From Marsupella aquatica (Eukaryota > Plantae > Marchantiophyta): DNA of 64,000 nt. Both the position numbers and the translations under genes were made by a program. Of the stretch, positions 25,936 through 39,465 are shown one piece after another (position 1 is the stretch's first letter; the number at the start of each line of letters is the position of its first letter). The notes under the pieces are model-generated. The model was given only the letters and a program-made list of their open reading frames with translations, was not told the DNA's origin and ran no database searches. The stretch is taken from the NCBI GenBank assembly GCA_973895155.1, contig OZ316893.1, positions 17,552,770 to 17,616,769 on the forward strand, given 5' to 3'.

Positions 25936-26532
25936 TCATTTTAACTTGGAATCCTCTTTGTCACCATCTACATCCAAGGGGCACTCTACAAAGCTTGTCG
26001 CACCCTCGGTCTCACCATCAGCTTCAGAGGGGCACTGTTCAAATCTCACAGCCCGAGGCAGATCATTTGCACATTCATCTTTCACATAAGTAATCATCCA
26101 CAACAAACTCATCACATGTTCACAAATTTCAGTTCTCTTTGATTTGTCAAGTTTGCAAGACTCCTTGAACAACTGTCCCGAAATCCCCATCAATTGCAGG
26201 CCCTTATCTTCGTTCACCTGGATGACAACATCACCAACCTGCACAGCAAAACAAAACATGTACGTGCCACTGCCATCTTCACAACAAATATGCTCCAACC
26301 TACTCCGAGAATGAGGACCAAATGGTGACTGATCCTGCCTCCTGAGTTTACGTTTGTGCTTCCCCAAGGAACACGCCCTTCCATCCTTCAACAATACACC
26401 ACAACCTTCATACACAAAAGCTCCAGCACACAACCCCCACATCGAGTCAATCTTGGCCCTCTTCAAAGTGCAGAATAAGTCTTTCTTGTCCATCTGCACA
26501 AATCCAACAAAAGGAGCGTGCATGAGACTCAA
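25936..26532 (-). CDS. Unknown Cys-rich cargo ORF of the Sola2-like element, probably the first exon of a decayed gene running toward 14000
   Basis: 198-aa ORF; broken coding-like frames continue on the minus strand at 25020-25500 and 14280-14945 across the copia insertion. Confidence 0.4.
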   Translation of the reverse strand: MSLMHAPFVGFVQMDKKDLFCTLKRAKIDSMWGLCAGAFVYEGCGVLLKDGRACSLGKHKRKLRRQDQSPFGPHSRSRLEHICCEDGSGTYMFCFAVQVGDVVIQVNEDKGLQLMGISGQLFKESCKLDKSKRTEICEHVMSLLWMITYVKDECANDLPRAVRFEQCPSEADGETEGATSFVECPLDVDGDKEDSKLK

Positions 26533-26669
26533 TCTATTACAAATGAGTGAGAAACTATTTGGTGCATTGATTTAAACTATGGTTAATTTGACGCTGAAGT
26601 TTGACGCTTTTCAAGCACACTGCTCAGGCACACAATATCATTGGAAAAAGACACTGAATCTTTTCGATC

Positions 26670-27105
26670 AAAGGACCTGAAACGTGCTTTGCCACTGATT
26701 AATCCTTGGCAAAGCGCTCTGAGTCCTTGGAAAAGGACTTTCGAAAGGACATAGTCCTTAAAAAGGACTAAGAGGACTAAGAAAAGGACCGCACTCCTTA
26801 TAATGACTAGGCCAAGGACCCCAATTATTGGAAAAAGGACTCAGACTCCTTTCCAAAAGACACGAACTCCTTCCCAAAGGAGTCAAACTCCTTAATTTCC
26901 AGAGGAGTTCAAGTCCTTGGAAAGGACGTGGTAGTTGATCCCCTTGGGAAAAGACCAAACCTTGCTTACACTCAAGGACCCTAGATCATAGAGATGGACT
27001 AGGAGTCCTCGGCGAATGACCTTCAGTCCTTTGTGAAGGACACAGATTGCATTTCTGAATGAGTAGAAGTCCTTCTAAGAGAACTGCCACTCCTTGGAGT
27101 CCTGA
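26670..27105. repeat. Second AAGGACT / AGTCCTT motif array
   Basis: Same words as 13130-13552 (AAAAGGACT, GAGTCCTT, ACTCCTT), placed 3' of the RING gene. Confidence 0.8.
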
Positions 27106-27462
27106 ATCAGATCTATACAGCTTGAAGTCTCATTAATCTCAAAGAATCGATCTGGTTCCTTCTGTACTCTAAGACTACCAAAGCAAAGGATATACCTAGT
27201 TTATAATAAGGACATGCACAAATTACCTAATTGTTAAGCAAAATTTGGAGTGCAAGGATCAAAGTTACCTTTCAACCTGCTGCTTGACTATGTTCAGAAA
27301 TAGGACACACGCTTGGCTCAAGATGATTGCTGCACAGAACAAACGCTCAGTGTTATCAACTAACTCAACAATTCAAAATCAACCCAAGACTAACTGTATT
27401 ATAGATATTACATAGAAGTCAGTCCAATCAGTGGGCAAACTTGCCAGCTTGTAACTCCAGGC

Positions 27463-30180
27463 TCAAGGATAAAGCCCCATTTTCTTTCTGGACTTGGTTG
27501 ATGGTTTAGAGCAAACACTCTTCACTCCATCAGGTGGGGGCAATTCCGGGTTTGGATGTCCAGGGACAGCCTCAACAAGTTCTAACATCCGCTTGAAGGA
27601 AACTTGAGATGGAGACTCTGGGTTAAAGGGCATCGTGTTATTCTCTAAACTTGTCAAAGATCTACTTGTCACCTTCCTAGCGGATTCCACAGTCCCCACA
27701 GCCCTCGGTCTTTTCTTCAAATCCGCACCCTCCACTTTGGGTGTCAAGAAAGGCATTTTAGATGACTGGTCTTCACTGTCATCAGCCGGTTTGCATAAGA
27801 TAGCCTCTGAAGAACTCAAGAAGATTTCTGTTTGGGCATAGACATTTTCCTGGACACATACATACAACCAAATTAATAATGAGGAAATTGAATGCTGACA
27901 CCTGATCGATGATAATCTCAACTTTGTCATAATTTCTTCTAATCTGAAAAGATGGATGACTGTGACTTGAGATATTCTCTTAATTATTTCAAGCGTCAAC
28001 ACATGCCATGCATTATGAATTCAATGAAGTTCAACCGATGCAATGGGTTTTCTACAGTAGGTGAAGATAAATGCAAACAAACGATTGATACAAAGTAGAG
28101 AGGTAATACAATGCAGTTGAGACAAAAGTAGATGTACCCTTTGTTGCAAATATTGCATTTGCTCTCCAAGTTGTCTTCATTTTCCAAGATGAATACTGTG
28201 CTTCCCGTACACTTCTTTCAGGTCTTCGATGTAAGAAACACGCGTCTGCTCCGGATCCCCCTTGATGGGCAAGCCCCAACTTCGCAACCAATCATTAGAG
28301 AAAAGTGTCCCACAAGCAAAACACTTTGGAGCAGTCTCTGAGTTACCACCAATCAAATGAAACAGGCAGCTTGGATGATAGGTGTACCCACACGATGCTA
28401 GGATCCAATTATAACAATGATAGCCATTGCAACAAACTGGACAACCCGATACTGTAACTTGGGTTGCCTCTGCATGAGCTGATGTTGCAACAAAGGTGGG
28501 TCTCAATTGCGGACACGGATTGCCAAGTACCGCTGCCAAAGTAGAATATTCAGACCTTTGAGCTCCCTCGGCTAACTTGAGTTCCTTCAATTTCAACTCC
28601 AGTGCTGCAGCCACTTTTCTCAATCGGTCCACCATCCCTGGCAAGGTCTCATACCGCTTCCGGTCAACTTCAATGAGCTACTCCAATGTGTTCAACTCCT
28701 TCACAACGGTTCCTTGGCGCTCCTTCAACTCCACAATTTTTGCCTTTTCAGCCTTAAGCCGGTCTTCCAAAATGAGTGTGTACTGAGTGATCCCCTGTAA
28801 TCATGGACAAGAAGCACTTTCCATTGTAAGATTCTAGTACCTTGATTGTTGGACTAACAGTCTACACTGTTAAGTTACACAAATGCAGAACGCAATACAG
28901 GTCTAGCTACATAGCATGGAAAACTATAGATTGACAATGTGGTTGCTGCAAACTGGCAATGACATACTTGAGAGTACATTACGCTTCACTTCAGGGAAAG
29001 GCTCCACTATGCATTCTCTTACACATCTAAGAAACAAACTTAGCGAGAATTTAAGCAACAAATATTAATACCTCATTGTTCTCGACTTCTTCTATGTTTT
29101 GCTCTAGCTCAAGCTCAGTCGTAAGTTCTTCAATTGCGTTGTCTGTTGACTCTATGCTCTGCCCAACTTCAGCTACCTCCATCTCCCTAGTTCTGAAATC
29201 ATCACTGAGTTTTGCAAGCGTTCTTGGGTGATCCCGTATAGACATATGTAGTCTCTCCAAGCTTGTTTCAACCGTAGCAAAATCCTGGTGAGTCTCACGT
29301 AGTCGGATCTCTGTTAACGATATTGCAGAGTCAAGAATTCCCAATAACAGTGCAGGGGCCCAGCTTCAGGAATGAAATGAACCTTCGGGATGTCCAAACT
29401 GTCCAAAGACAAGTGTGTATCCGCTTTGCTCTGCCCGATGTCCATCGCACCAGCTGCATTATCCCAAAGGCAGATCTTCAACTCCTTGGATGCATCAGTT
29501 GATGCGGAGGCTCTCTGAATTGCTTGAACTACATCCTTAGTCTCTGTATCAAACTCTTTGGGCACCGGCGGTTGGTAGAAACGTGGCTTCCGGACACAAG
29601 GAGGCCCATCAGGCCTACCTTTCCCCTCTCGCTCCCATTGCAAAATCTGTCCCTTCAGCTTAGCAGCCGCATATCCTGCCCAATTGACTTTCCTATGAAG
29701 AACTCGCTCAGCGTAGGCCCCTTTCACAAATGTATGAGCCAAAACTCCATTCACTGGTTTCTCATACCCATCCACAACTTGGGATAGATGTAGTATGTCT
29801 TCAATGGGAACACCTACGCAGTTATTCAGCTTATAACCGCTCCTTGTTTTCTCTCCAAAGCATGCAGCCAAATCATTGTCACGAATACCACTTATCTTAT
29901 ACGGATTCTCGCCTTCATCGGGGAGTCCAAACGTCAATGCAAAATAAGATGCATCCTTCTGGAACTCTGCTGTATCCCAAGACTCCATGAGCTTCTCAAC
30001 ATTCTTGCCTCTAGAGGCTTTTGGCTTCTCATCACATGCAGGAGGTGTTGCTACCTTAGAAGGTTTCTTTGCACTACGTTTACCAAGTACATTGACTGGG
30101 ACCTGTGGTTCTACCGTGTTTTGTATCGATTCGACACCCACGACTCCATCAACTGTCGATGGAGCCTCAGTATCCATCAA
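27463..30180 (-). pseudogene. Multi-exon cargo gene: PMD-like N-terminus, coiled coil, RING finger
   Basis: FALTFGLPDEG...GYKLNNC...VNWAGYA; heptad-rich 29051-29344 and 28560-28794; RING CPVC..SCGYTYHPSC..CFAC (28177-28644); intron about 28795-29071; frameshift near 29340. Confidence 0.7.
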
Positions 30181-31220
30181 AACCGCCTAACAACAATGAT
30201 GCCAATGCAACAAATAAACCAAACGCACAGCTTACCGAACTCCAAATGTTTTGCAGGAACCGACCGAATATTCAATAGCCGGAATCCCTAAGTAATGGCC
30301 AGAAAAAGAAAACAAATTGGTTCGCACTGCTTGCAGGGAAAACCTACAGTAGACGACGTCAAACTTATTGTTCAAGAAGATGTGGCTCACCACGACTCCA
30401 AGCAGCACTTGAACCAAACTCTGAAGAGACGCAGTCCAGCTTCAAGAATAGTTAGACCAAAAACCACAGTATGATCAGCAAGCGGTGCAAGCTTCAATCA
30501 CCTCCACTCGAATCCCATGCACCAGTCGAGCTTCAGGAATACTTGACAAAAGCACACTACGAACAGCAACCGGCCCAACTCCAATCAGTTCCAATCGGAT
30601 TCCACCGGTGATTCCTCACACAAGCCCAGGTTTAGGAATACTCCACAAACTCTTTGACACTACGAGCAGCAAATGGCCCGTGCTCCAAATGAATCACGGT
30701 CTCCAGTCGCATTCCACACAACAAATCACAGAGAAAATCAGGAAATCTATTGACAAACCTCATTCAGCCTCGAAGGACTCAAACTTAGACTCCACGAAAG
30801 AGTTGACACTAGCTCCAATCGATCAGCCCACACATCGGGGTCCAAAGAATTCAAAATGTGACAAGTTCCAGCATGCGCAAACCAAACACAGAGCTCAAGG
30901 ACAGGCGGGGAAACCAATGGACATACAGAGGTTTCAGGGTGACAGGGCTGAATTTGAAAGTTCGACATTCAGAAACCAATGCTTACTAAAGGACAGCGGG
31001 GAAACCAATGCGCGGCTCAGGCAGGTTGGCGCTTCTTACCCTGCAAAGGACGTTTATAGTCAGTCTCTTTAGCAGTACTTTCAAAATTCAAATGGACTCC
31101 TATAACTTAGATCCTCCAATCCTGGCCATACATTTTCAAAGGACTCAAAGGTTCATAGTGCTTTTTTCCACAGTCCTTTTTGCGTCCTTTGGTACCCCTC
31201 GATCTTGCCATCCACCGCAA

Positions 31221-34200
31221 CTATGCACACCGTGAATTAGTAAGTTCTCATTCTTTTCCGGTACCTTCTTTGAATCTTTCGAGTGTTCTATTTAAGAGCG
31301 CTCGGCGCTGGTTATAGATAAATTGTACTTTGACTCTAACTCGCTGCATCTCTTCGTGTAGGCTTGGCCAAGCCGTTGTTGAGCCATCCTGGATTCTCGA
31401 TGCAGATAGAATCAAACAAATTCTGGCGCATGACCTTGAGTATTACAGTAAATTGATTGACCCGGATAATTTCAAGAAGTTTGAGAGCATTTGGCTAAAG
31501 ACTCGGAAGGGGTCATGGTATACAAAGAAGATGCCACAAGAAGCTCTTGTTTACATTCTATGTGAGAATAAGATAAAGTCCTATTCTCACCAATTCAAGC
31601 TTGACATGGAGGCAGCCGAGGCTCAAGGGAGTCCCTGGTCGGTGGACGAGATTTCCAAATTAACGCCATGCGGCCATGATGAAGGACGCAACCAAAGACT
31701 GGGCAGTGAAGTCCTCAAAAATTATGCCCTTGTTAAGTCCTGAATTTGAAGATTTTCTTAGTACATGTGCAGAAATGTATGCTGTCACAAAGAGAAACAA
31801 GAGAGAGAAGAAGCCTGACACCGTCGTATGTACAATGGACCGCGCCCGATTGTTCAATGCTGTTTTTGCCCTAGACCCAAAGTTGCAAAGCACCCTACTT
31901 GTGGCACATTGCAATCCTGAGTTGCGGAGACAGTTTTTCCACCCAGCAAGTGTTAACGACGACCCAGTCAAACAATGGTGTCATACTTGGATCACTTGGA
32001 ATAGTGTAGAGGGAATTGTTGTCGGCATGTTACATTCATGTCTGCGTGAAGTAGAGCAGACGATGCCCGCGACTAGATTAGAAGAGTGGAATTGTGGTTC
32101 ATTTGATGATCTCGTTCAGTTTGTTACAAATGAATTCAAGAGATATGGTGATTCTGTGAAGAGTAAGTTCTTTCACACTATGTGGCCTTCAAAGTATCCA
32201 GACAAAGAAGACTACACCCAGAAAAACCAGAAGCGGGCTAAAAGGTATCTTTACAAGTTCTACATGCACATGGAGGTAACCAAACCTGATTACTTCTGGG
32301 CATATCCTACAGCTTTCATGAAGTGGATTACAATAAGTGAGGATGACGCCATAGCTGATTTGTACTCCATGTACCCAGCGGAGGGCATATTTCCTCCGAG
32401 ACCTATGACAGAATGGGAGAGAACTCACTGCCCCTGGTATCTAGATACAGATAGATGGGATTCTCCTTTTGATCAAAGGGAGAAAGATGCATTCCATAAG
32501 CTTTCAAAGCTAAACCCACATACCAGCAAAAATTGTGTCCGACATGAAGCAGGGCCTGCTAGACGATGTAGACAAGTCTGCCACTGGCTTGCAAAGTATC
32601 TGTGAAACGACTATTGTTCATGTGGACCGAAGTCAAAAACCTCGAGCTAAAGCAAAAGCGGAGTTAGCAGCACCAAGCGAGTCAACGAAATCTGGGAGGA
32701 AAAGTGAGTATAATGTTCCGTGGTTTGGCCAGCGCCTGGCGGTGGCTAGAACTGTGATGCGAATTCACATTTCTTTCTAGATTCTTAGGCCATCGTTGAG
32801 ACCTAAGTGATTTGCATTTGGTTAGGCGCTAGCTTGTTTCAATACTCGGGATTTACTTGTTCTAACTAAGACCTATTGATAATTTAGGAGGGAGGAAGTC
32901 TAATACAGCGGGAACAGGAGATACTAAAGTGGATGCTACATCTGAAGTTTCTGAGGCAAACACCGGAGCCCGATCGGACCCCATTACTCCTGTCGATAAG
33001 GGGAAAGTAATAGTTCCGGTCGACACCACAAGTACCAAGAAGAAAAGAAAGAGAGCTATCAAAGGTGGACCTTCTTCAAGGGAGAGTGTTGCAGCATCTG
33101 GTGTCCAACGTGAAGTTGGAAACTTCAAAACTAGATTGTCTCGTCATGCCATGGTTGAGACAAGCATATCCGAATTTTTTGACTCGACTTTCAACAAGGG
33201 GGAAAAACCTGATTGGGTTAGTTATGTGGAGAAGTGGGGGAAGGATCTCGTTAAGTCGGGATATAAAGAGAAGGGTGTTGTGCGGGGAGGAAAAGAAAGA
33301 TCGTTTGGAGTGGATGTGGGTTTCATTACCTACCGACCGGGTTCAAACCAACGATCATAGATAAGAAGGTTCCTAAATGGAACACTCCAGATCACTCCAT
33401 GGCTAGATCTTTTTTCAAGTCCATGGATCCATTTCTATCAGATGATGGATTCCTTGCAATTCTACAAATGGGGAGTATGATCCCATGTCTCAAGTCATTG
33501 CTGCCTGTCAGGAATCCAAGAAATTTCAGTGCATATGCACGCATAATGTTGTTATGTCTGTCCCGATGTACGCGGCAAAGACAGACCGTCAGGTAATTAT
33601 GTACTCTTAACTATGTCGCATTTTGAATTATATCTCATTTAACCTGGAGTTGCCAACTGACACTTGGGATTGCTTTCCGCAGATGTTTACCCTCAGGCTG
33701 GACATATTTGGTCGAATTAATGGGAAATGCAAAATTCCCAAAGACCCTAAATTCCGTCCACTCTCCATCAGTGAGGACCCCTCGGTCACCAATTTGATCG
33801 GACTCCCTTCTCTCAAATCCGATCCATTCCCACAAATGGAATTTTCTGGAAATGCTCGCCTGTCTGTTGGGTTTATGCAATCTGTCATTGAGCTTGTCAC
33901 CCGACCTCGTGATATTTTTATGGATTGGACCGCTGGGGCTGGAAGCTCCTTCATTGCTGGAGACTTCTCCGGGAGGTTTGTGCTCGGGATAGAACATAGA
34001 AAAGAATTTATTGAAACCACTTCGAAGGTTTTCATGGATTTTTTGTCTCCCAAAGAGATTGCGTTTTTACCTCCATCTGTTCCTATTGCCGACAGAAAGA
34101 AGCAAGATAAGCTTCGGTCGGTACTCAATTTTGATTCTGATGATGAGTCCAGTGAAGGTGGAGATGGAGAGGAACAAGGTACAGGGGACTCGGAGGAGGA

Positions 34201-34671
34201 AAAGGAAGAACCTCGTCGATCTCCTGATGAAACCGATAGTGATGACTCTTCCGAGTAATGTTCATAAACTTGTAAGCTTCTTTCTCCATTCCATCAAATT
34301 TATAACATTTATGTGTTGTTTTGGAGAAAGGCACCTAACTTGATGGATTTTGTTTGATCAGGTCAGAGTGGAATGCAAGGAGACGTTTCAAACTGCGAAG
34401 GAGGGTTGCTAGACACAACATAGAAACACCAGAAAAACCTTTTGTTCTTCCCTCCTATGCAGAGAAAGCCGCAAGGAAAGCCGAGAGTACAAGGACGCTT
34501 TGCTGGGAAAACAAAGGTCTTCGGTTACGAAGGGGTGTTGACAGGAAGTTCATTAAACATCCTTATGTTGATGACTTCTCCCGCAGCCAGTACGTAGATG
34601 ATGAGGCTGTGTCCACGGACAAATCCGAGAGTTTAGATTCTGGTTCCGAATCAGAATCTGTAGAATTGTGA
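31221..34671 (+). pseudogene. ParB-like/MTase-like accessory gene copy 1, remainder (end of exon 1 and exons 2-5)
   Basis: Colinear with 59950-63570 with the same intron positions; C-terminal MQSVIELVTRPRDIFMDWTAGAGSSFIAGDFSGRFVLGIE resembles the SAM-binding motif of N6/N4 MTases; several frameshifts. Confidence 0.85.
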
Positions 34672-35004
34672 CACGTATTGAGGAATTTAGGGAAAAATCT
34701 TTTACCAGCGCCTGGCGCTAGTACCAACTTGTATTCAAATCCTCTCATTGAGTCCCTATAAATTAATGTCTGATTCCTTGTGTTTTTTACAAGCGCAGGC
34801 GCTCGCCAAATGGATATTCATAAAGTGAATATTTCTAGCTCTTATTTGTGTAACACGGCCGTTTGGTCTTTGTCGTGTCCTACCAACGGTCATCATAATG
34901 AGACAAATAGTAGTCAATACATAGTATAATATACGTTTTGGATACCAACGGCCATTTCATTTAGGTCCGTTAGTTTTCTAAAGAAACCCACATCGGCTGT
35001 ATTC

Positions 35005-35345
35005 GGACGACATTTTTGGATCTCTTGGATGACATATTTGGATCTCTTGTTGACAACTTTTTTGCACGACATTTTTGGATCTCTTGTTGATGACATCTCT
35101 CTCGGATGACATTTTAGGATCTCTTTTTGACAACAGTTTTCAAGGACGACACTTGTCACAGACGACAAGTTTTTGGACAGGGGATTGTTTTGGGACCGAC
35201 GCCCGTTTGCGGCCCGTTTGCGGGAGATACATTTCGGGTGTTTCGCGAGAGACATTTCTCCTAGACGAGATCTTTCGGACCCATGACCATTTTTGGACCT
35301 TTGTGGACCTTTTGCGGACAGTTTTTGTGTTTTTTCAGAGGGGAA
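35005..35345. repeat. Degenerate GACATTTTTGGATCTCTT repeat cluster
   Basis: Four to five imperfect copies at 35009-35125 and related words to 35300; not seen at the equivalent place of copy 2. Confidence 0.65.
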
Positions 35346-35764
35346 GTTGCCACTAGATCGGATTTATTAAACATGGAGAGAAACGGTGAGCTCATGGATT
35401 GGGAGACAGCGTTCCTCCCTTCTCGTGTGCGTCCGGAAGAGAGCCATTTCCGTTCTTTTGAGTCACGGATGGCGACTAAAGAGACTGAAACCTCTACATT
35501 CCGGAACCATCACACTCTACCGTATGATGAAGCTATTAGTCCTGGAGAAAAGAACATCCCATGGATCGTTGATTCTCCTCCGCTCCCATTCACAAGCAAG
35601 TTCTCGTCTCATCAGGCTGTTCCCGTTGATGGTGTACTGCCAATCGATAGGAGAGTTCAAGAAATGTTTGGGTGAGTTGACTTTAAGGACAATAACATTC
35701 CCAATGAAGGTTATACGAGGGCAGTCCGTCGGGGTCCTTCTGAGAGATACATTCGATTGCGTGG

Positions 35765-38700
35765 TGTCACGTCATCAGCCTTGGCCTTAACTCGGGCTTT
35801 AGCTTTAAACGGGCACCTCCTTCGTAAATATGAGGGTTCGGGCAGGGAGGGAAGCGCGTAATGCACCTAATTCACGTAAACTAGCGCTAAGTGCGCCTAC
35901 TATTAGATACGGACATCTCCTAGGTATGGTTTATGTTCCGCCGCCGGAACGTACCTTAGTCGATAACAAGATCGACCCCGGCTTAAGGACTTCTAAGCCT
36001 TCGTGTTGTCCGCCTTTGATCCGAATTCAATGATACAGGTCCTCAACCCGTGCTCGCAACCACATACCCGCAAGCTGCACCCCGTGCACAACTCGGGTAG
36101 TGCGTTCGGCCCGGTATTGCCACCTATACACGAGATTCACACACACATACACGCGTACAAGCATACAATCTCGATTTACACGAAGGAAATAATGGGAAAG
36201 GATTTTACTACATAGGGGACATGTGCGTACACTTGGTTGACCCGACAGCTCCGGAATGAACAGATTCAAGGCCGAGAGAGTATACTACAATGGAGCCCGG
36301 CTCCGCACTCACCCGACGAGCTTAGTCCTACCCCCTCCCCTTGGTACTCTTTCACTCCCAGAGGTCGGGACTCCCCGCGCATACCACGGATGTCCAACTC
36401 TGAGACTAAAACCCCCCCTTGCCTCTACCGAGGGGTGCACTAAATACTAAGGGCCGGGGAACGGAGTGTCCTCCCGACCGAAGATTCGCTGACTTAGGTC
36501 CTAACTAATCTAACTGTTAGGCCAAAAAACGGCTGTGTCTTATTAGAAGATCCTAATCTACGCAGGCTGGACAGCATGGCAGTGCTGTTGTAACTAAGGC
36601 AGGTGCCTATCCCAAGAGCCTGACTTAGCTACTCCTAACCCTATTCTATTCCTACTCTGCCGCTAATGCCTGGTACGCTTGCCAGAGCCGCCCGAGTGGG
36701 AGCGGCCATCCCGCTGCTTACGAAGTCTGTCGTTGTTTGCCTTGAGGAGCTGGACCTGGTCCAGCAAAGATTCATTCTCTCGCTTCGCCGCGTCTGTCCC
36801 CTTCGCTGCCTCCTGGCATGCCTCCTCCAGCTGCTGGGCGTCGCTCGTCAGCTTGCCCGCCAGCTGGTCCTGCTTCTCGGCTTTGGTTTGGAGCCGTGCC
36901 ACTTTGGCCTGTAGCAACTACCTTTACTGCGGCAACTAACTCCTGATTGAAGAAACAGGCTACCTTCCGGGCCATGAACTCCCCGGTATCCCAGGCAATT
37001 TGATGAGAGAAATCTCCCAAAAGCCCGTTCAGAAATGTACCCGGTACGAAGAGTTCCGGGTGGTCCAGGTTGTGCCTGTCCGGAGTTGGGCACGGGCAGA
37101 CGTCAACACGCGCAGGGGCCGGGGCAGTGACATCCAGCCCTGGGGACGTAATGTTGGAAGGGGCTGGAGTGTCCTCCTGCAACAATGTCCGGTTCTCCGG
37201 AATAGCCATCGGTGGGTCTTTCGGAGACCCAGGCTCGAGTAAGACCTCCGCTGTACCGACTTCTGTACTTAGCCCGGCCTGTTGGATCGCATCAACGGTT
37301 GCGATAACCGACCCATCCGGTACCTCCTTGGTTACGACTACAACTACTTGTGGAGGTGGGGTGGGTGAAGCTTGCGTCTCCGCTGGACTTCGGGCCTCGG
37401 GTTGGGGCCGTCTCTCCAAGGCCGGAAAAACCCACCTAGCTGGGACCAGCTTTGTAATGTTGACACGGGGAAGGGTTCGTCGATCAAACCGAGCGTACCA
37501 CTCAAGAATGATCTCGATGTGGCTAGCGAAATACGCCTTCCCGCCAATGTACAGCGTCTTCCTTCGCCGCTCCATCTCTTCATGGAATTTCTTAGCAAAG
37601 TACGACGCCCACTTCCTAGGTCAATAGTTCTTGACCTGGATAACCTGGGCGGCGGAGATCTCCCCCCGGGGTTCCATCATGTGGAGGGCGTACCTTTGGA
37701 ACTCCAGTCACTCAGCTATCTCGGGGATGAGGCAGGTCCTCATCACGAACCCGTTGTCCACTGCTCCTTCTGAGGGAAAACTCGAGGATTGGTACTTGGC
37801 TCCCTTGCCCCCGGGAGCCCGTGATTCGACTCGATGGTCACCTTCGGGTAATCCGAAGATCATCTTGAGCCGTTCTTCCGTGAGGGACATATTCCTTCCC
37901 CGCAGCCGAGTATGCTGACGTGCGTCATCATAATTCTTGACGAATTCTGTCATGTCCTCCCCGTAGTACCTGCAAGTGTTCCAGGGCAGAGCGGCGAGGT
38001 GCTCGAATCCCTGAGTCTTCAGGTACACCACATGCTTGGGATGGAGGATGTTCTTATGCACGTTTTCCCCCATGCGGTGCATTGTCACCTTGGCCACGGC
38101 TACCGTGGCCAATGGTAACCCGGATGCAGTGGCGGGTTCCTTCCTCTTCTTCCCCCGTGACTGGCTCGGGGAAGGTGACACCTCCCTATCCTCTCGATCG
38201 GGCATAGGTAGTGCTACCGCCGTTAGTATTGGTCCCGGGGCGGCCACGGTCACCGTGTTGTCTACTGGAGCCGCTCCTTGGGTCCGAGCATGGGGAGGGG
38301 ACGATGTAGTGTTGGCCCCCTGAGTGTTTGCTCCTCTGGGCTGCCTGAGCAAGGGTGGGGTAGCCTCATCATTGTCGCTAAGGTCCACAGCGTTGATGAC
38401 GGAGCGTACTTGTACTGCTGGCGGGGCGATCGGCGGTGGGGGTTGGCTAGGCTGAGGCTGAGACTGAAGCTGAGCCTGAAGTTGAGCCTGAGCTTGAGTC
38501 TGCGTTGGTACGGGTACGGGTATGGGGTCCACTGGGCTGGCGCCGGTGTTTGCGGGTCTAGTTCCCATGAAGCTCTGCAGGTGCTGGTAGAAGTTCTCCG
38601 AAGCAAGTGCGGACAACCTTGTCAAACGGGTAGTGCTGGACTCGCTGTTGATGATAGCCCGAACCTGAGCAGGGATGTCGTTGCAAGTCGATCGTACCCG

Positions 38701-39465
38701 GGATATTGAAGACCTCGTCCGGAAGCCAAAGCAATGCTTCCCAGAAACCGATATATTTGTCTCCGTTGAAGAAGTACCCAGATACCTCTACTGGTCGGTA
38801 AAGCTCGCTCTGAGATGGGTAGTCAAAGTTAAGGATGTAGTGGTGTCGTCCTACTAGGCGGATGGCTCTCTCGTACTCGCGTTCGATTTCGTATCGGTGC
38901 GGGTTGGCGTGTTTCAATGAGTCGGCCAAGTGCCTTCCGGTAGATAGGAACTGCGTCCTGAATCGAATGGCCGAACTGGAGAGGATCGTGTGCGACATTT
39001 AGAGGAGATAGTAGTGGCGACTTAGAGCGAACGAGAGAGCTAGGGTCGAAGCTGGCGCGTGGACTGATGGACTGGTGCACTCCAAAGGGTCGGCTCCCTT
39101 TTTATACCTTGAGGGCTTGTCGATCCCCCGACATCTCCTCGTTGCCTATAGGCTGAACCGTTCACGCTTGTAGTGTACTGGCCACTCCGCCGGTCTGAGT
39201 CATCGCGTGTCAGTGGACGCCTCCCAAAGTTCGTTATACGGACCCGAGGGAGGGGCCCCTCCACGCTCATAACCCGGGCTTGCAAATGGCAATGCGCCGC
39301 CAGCCCGAACATGAATTACCCTTATTGACTAATGATTTCCTACTCATAATGGCTACCTAAATATTGTCGTTATGCTAATCATAGCGGCCTAAGATACTCC
39401 TAACGCGCGTGCTAGGCACGGTTTAGACCGAATTACTCATTACTCGCCGTACTGGCGGCGTCACA
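35765..39465 (-). mobile_element. Family B TG...CA single-ORF element, copy 1 (3701 bp)
   Basis: TGTCACGTC...GGCGTCACA; 5-bp TSD CGTGG at 35760-35764 and 39466-39470; homologous to 46241-50222. Confidence 0.92.
36663..38998 (-). pseudogene. Family B protein (Pro/Gln-rich, PMD/Athila-ORF-like domain, coiled coil), frameshifted and internally deleted
   Basis: ORF pieces 38558-38998, 37708-38625, 36772-37575, 36663-36917; LAALPW..EFVKNY..TRLRG..IFGLPEG..NGFVMRTC. Confidence 0.85.

Larger units (their letters stand above)
8215..31216 (+). mobile_element. Sola2-like DNA transposon, about 12.9 kb net of the nested copia, with cargo genes
   Basis: About 32-bp TIRs (GGTGGATGGCAAGATTGAGGGGTACTAAAAGGA / TCCTTTGGTACCCCTCGATCTTGCCATCCACC); 4-bp TSD GCAA at 8211-8214 and 31217-31220; DDD-type transposase inside. 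Boundaries are firm; the superfamily name is from motifs. Confidence 0.85.

Noticed and set aside
35345-35360. CACTAG as a Helitron 3' end or CACTA terminus (also near 63973)
   Set aside because: No following T, no subterminal hairpin or matching TAGTG end; similarity between the two copies and the palindromes continue past this point.
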